From: an uncultured Gammaproteobacteria bacterium | GTDB lineage: Bacteria; Pseudomonadota; Gammaproteobacteria; JABCZS01 | Length of the DNA: 64,000 nt | Direction: 5' to 3' | NCBI GenBank assembly: GCA_963848305.1 | Contig: CAWKDC010000001.1 | Coordinates: 1,024,001-1,088,000, forward strand | Part shown: in pieces, positions 61,325-64,000 of the stretch | Layout of the letters: each line of letters starts with the position of its first letter | Position numbering within the stretch: the first letter of the stretch is position 1 | The notes under the pieces: model-generated | What the model was told of the DNA's origin: nothing | Database searches by the model: none | The model's input: the letters and a program-made list of their open reading frames with translations, nothing else | Made by a program: the position numbers and the translations under genes

Positions 61325-63601
61325 TTACTTCGTGAATGATAGGGGAATGGGCATGGCCTGGCGACTAAAATGGCTTGTGCGCCAAAATAAGATGGCGGAT
61401 TGAATAAACATCATGCCTGCACCCACGCCGGGATGATCCAATACTTCTGGATATGTAAATACGAGCGCGCCCGCAGCGCCGATCGCCAGTGCGTTGAATA
61501 TCAGATTGATCCGCAAATTCCAGTTCACGTGATTCACAGTTTTTTCAGCCATCATGAATAATATGATCACCTGATTCAATGAGGGACCCTGAAGATAAGC
61601 GCTCGCTTGCAGAATATCTTTACCCCCGACGGCAACGCCAATATTGGCTGCCTCAAATGCAACGACGTCATTGGAGCCATCTCCAAAATAAGCAACCGGG
61701 CCTTCTTTTTGAAGATCTGAAATCTTTTTGTTCTTTCCCACTCTGCCGTCTTTTTGGTCAATTGGACCACAATTGGCAAAAACATCTTCTCGATCAATGC
61801 CCCATGTATCTGTCTGCGGATAAAGATTGGCTTCTTCGGCGCCTGAAATGACAACGACTTTCTTTCCCATTTTCTTCAATGTCTCAATGACATTTTTCGC
61901 GTCGCTTCTTGGCGTATTTTTCAAGAAAAAACAGCCGACAAATTGCTTATTTTTAAGTACGAATGTTTTTCGGGTGGCGAGATCAGTTTTTTTGTTTTTG
62001 AAAAAAGTCTCCATTTCTTCTATTTTCTTTTCAATATCAGCTTCACCTTTCAAAACATGTCTCATCATTTGAATATCGCCAATCGCATAATGGTCACTGC
62101 CTACACTTCCTGAAACACCAAATGCCGGGACATTGTTATCAAGCGCACATTGAGCGGGTTTAATAGATTTTTCTGTTAAGTATGTTTGAATCGCTTTTGA
62201 AATAAGATGGTCTGATTTTTCTTCTAATGCCAACACCGCAGGGAAAATATTTTCATTATCGCAGCCATTTGATTTCCAATCCATCACTTCAAACTTTCTT
62301 TCTGTCAGCGTACCCGTGAAATCAAACGCAACTGTTTTAATATTGGAAGCAGCTTCCAGCGCCTTATCACTTTTAAAAACCACGTGGCTTTTGGCTTTGT
62401 CACGCCCGACATACATGGCCAATGAACTCAGCATGCCTATGACGCAGGGGCAAGCAACCACCAAGGTAAACAACGATACTTCGATACCATCTGACATGTC
62501 TCCGAAGTATCCTGCAAAAACGCCTAATGTTAAAGAGAGCAAGATCACTGCTGGCACAAAATACCGCATCATTGTATCTGTGAAGTTCTCGTCTTGATTG
62601 TTTGACATTTGCGCGTTTTTGATGGCCTCGGCAATCGCCTGGTCTTTGCGCGCGAGTGCGGAATCTTTTTCAAGTGCTGTGACTTTGATTTTTAAATACT
62701 CTGGGGCACCTTGATATTTTTTGTAAATCATTCCCTGACATAATGAACCATTTTTGCTGACATTGGTTGGCGAGATCTCGCCATCTTCACTTTCGGTATT
62801 GATTGAATAGTTATCTTCGCCCTCACAAATGCCATCCAATGGAATCGTATCGCCAGGCTCGATAAAAATAATATCATCTATTTCGATATCATTGAGATCA
62901 CATTCAGAAGGCTCTGTTTTTCCTTTTTTTTGACACAACCATTGTCGTTTCAAACTTGCGATCAAGGGTGACGGCGCTGTCAACTGTTGTCTTTGCCTTT
63001 CCTTATGGGCTTCATTCAAATGCGCAAACCCAAAAATCATGAGGGCTGAATCAATCAGCATCGGCATATCAATCGGAAATTCGGGATCAATGTGATGGAA
63101 AACATGAAGAATACTCACAACCAGGGCGGTTGCTGTGCTGAGGGCAATGAGCGTATACATGTTAACATGGTATCCCGCTTTCCATGCTTTCACATAAAAT
63201 TGCATACCGATGATTAACGTTAATGCACTGCCGGCTAGGGTCACACCTATCATTTCTTCATCAGAAAATTCGTCACCCCCCAGCATCATGCACATTAAAG
63301 CAAGACCGGTGGCGGTGCCTAGGATGCCTTGGATGAGATGGGGATTGAACTTTTCGGGGACTTTGCTAAATGTGACTGGGCCATAGGCGTCGAGCAGTTC
63401 TGATAATTCTTGCTCTATTTCTTCGGTATTTTTTGTGCATCCATCTCCCACATTAATAGTGACTTTTTTAAAATTCGTATCGACTAATATGTCGCCTTGA
63501 ATATCGAGTGCTTTTCTACAGTTATTTTTGATGAGATCTTTGACGGCGAGACCACAGCATCCGCCCATGCCCTCTAAATATAATTCGATTTTTTTTGGCA
63601 T
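61325..63601 (-). CDS. Divergent heavy-metal (P1B) ATPase
   Basis: CPC, DFTGT, GDGSND, PGDTIPLDG; several canonical motifs altered. Confidence 0.85.
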   Translation of the reverse strand: MPKKIELYLEGMGGCCGLAVKDLIKNNCRKALDIQGDILVDTNFKKVTINVGDGCTKNTEEIEQELSELLDAYGPVTFSKVPEKFNPHLIQGILGTATGLALMCMMLGGDEFSDEEMIGVTLAGSALTLIIGMQFYVKAWKAGYHVNMYTLIALSTATALVVSILHVFHHIDPEFPIDMPMLIDSALMIFGFAHLNEAHKERQRQQLTAPSPLIASLKRQWLCQKKGKTEPSECDLNDIEIDDIIFIEPGDTIPLDGICEGEDNYSINTESEDGEISPTNVSKNGSLCQGMIYKKYQGAPEYLKIKVTALEKDSALARKDQAIAEAIKNAQMSNNQDENFTDTMMRYFVPAVILLSLTLGVFAGYFGDMSDGIEVSLFTLVVACPCVIGMLSSLAMYVGRDKAKSHVVFKSDKALEAASNIKTVAFDFTGTLTERKFEVMDWKSNGCDNENIFPAVLALEEKSDHLISKAIQTYLTEKSIKPAQCALDNNVPAFGVSGSVGSDHYAIGDIQMMRHVLKGEADIEKKIEEMETFFKNKKTDLATRKTFVLKNKQFVGCFFLKNTPRSDAKNVIETLKKMGKKVVVISGAEEANLYPQTDTWGIDREDVFANCGPIDQKDGRVGKNKKISDLQKEGPVAYFGDGSNDVVAFEAANIGVAVGGKDILQASAYLQGPSLNQVIILFMMAEKTVNHVNWNLRINLIFNALAIGAAGALVFTYPEVLDHPGVGAGMMFIQSAILFWRTSHFSRQAMPIPLSFTK

Positions 63602-63629
63602 ACTTCTTGCCTTTACAATTTTATAACTT

Positions 63630-63700
63630 CTTTCGCGCTGTCAGCGCTCATTCATTGTGGCTAATATTACCCAGGGTTGCGGTGCGCTACGCGCCCCTAC
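63630..63700. repeat. Partial copy of the 61.1-61.3 kb element arm
   Basis: TTCGCGCTGTCAGCGCT...TAATATTACCCAGGGTTGCGGTGCGCT. Confidence 0.75.
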
Positions 63701-64000
63701 ACATTCAACAACTGATTCATCTTCGCTTTGATAATATCAATCGCAATGCGGTTTTTGCCGCCGCGGGGAACAATGATATCGGCATAACGCTTGGATGGAT
63801 CGATAAATTGCAAATACATGGGCCGCACGGTATTTTGATATTGCGTTAAAATGCTTTCGATCGTACGGTTGCGTTCAACCAAATCGCGCGTCAAACGGCG
63901 TATCAAACAAATATCCATCGGTGTATCGACATAAATGCGAATATCCATCAAATCGCGTAAGGTTTCATCCGTGAATAGCAAAATCCCCTCAAGGACAATG
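63697..64000 (-). CDS. udk: Uridine kinase, 5'-partial
   Basis: [31 protein letters not shown]. Confidence 0.92.
   Translation of the reverse strand, partial: IVLEGILLFTDETLRDLMDIRIYVDTPMDICLIRRLTRDLVERNRTIESILTQYQNTVRPMYLQFIDPSKRYADIIVPRGGKNRIAIDIIKAKMNQLLNV

Overview
Chromosomal window from a gammaproteobacterium; the effector-like ORFs, porin types and histone-like protein suggest a host-associated Legionellales/Coxiellales-like organism (inference). The housekeeping backbone is groES-groEL (with a sigma32 promoter), metK, a compact T2SS operon (gspC-D-E-F-G-I-J-K-L-M, no gspH), hslO-dsbB, fdxA, xth, priA, hemE-aroK, a degenerate pilMNO-pilQ cluster, mrcA, pfs-luxS, tRNA-Ile2(CAT), rpsU-yqeY-dnaG-rpoD, two porin paralogues, tsaD-plsY, folB, rbsK, a divergent P1B-ATPase and udk. 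Main accessory signals: (1) a lone GIY-YIG nuclease gene bracketed by ~145-bp inverted arms of CGTC-type REP units, with related REPs elsewhere in the window; (2) a tandem stack of integrase-less cassettes at the tRNA-Ile 3' end, each ending in the same ~260-bp arm, carrying an AbiF-like HEPN toxin with a structured leader RNA, DUF2971 and a secreted pair; (3) a probable single ~1400-aa lysozyme-like/TM/coiled-coil/OTU-deubiquitinase gene split by two frameshifts; (4) four 11-mers in alternating orientation at exact 28-bp phase upstream of an ATPase/PD-(D/E)xK gene; (5) frameshifts in core genes that cluster at GGNCC, probably base-calling errors that mark a DNA modification. All calls come from reading motifs by eye; no database searches were run.
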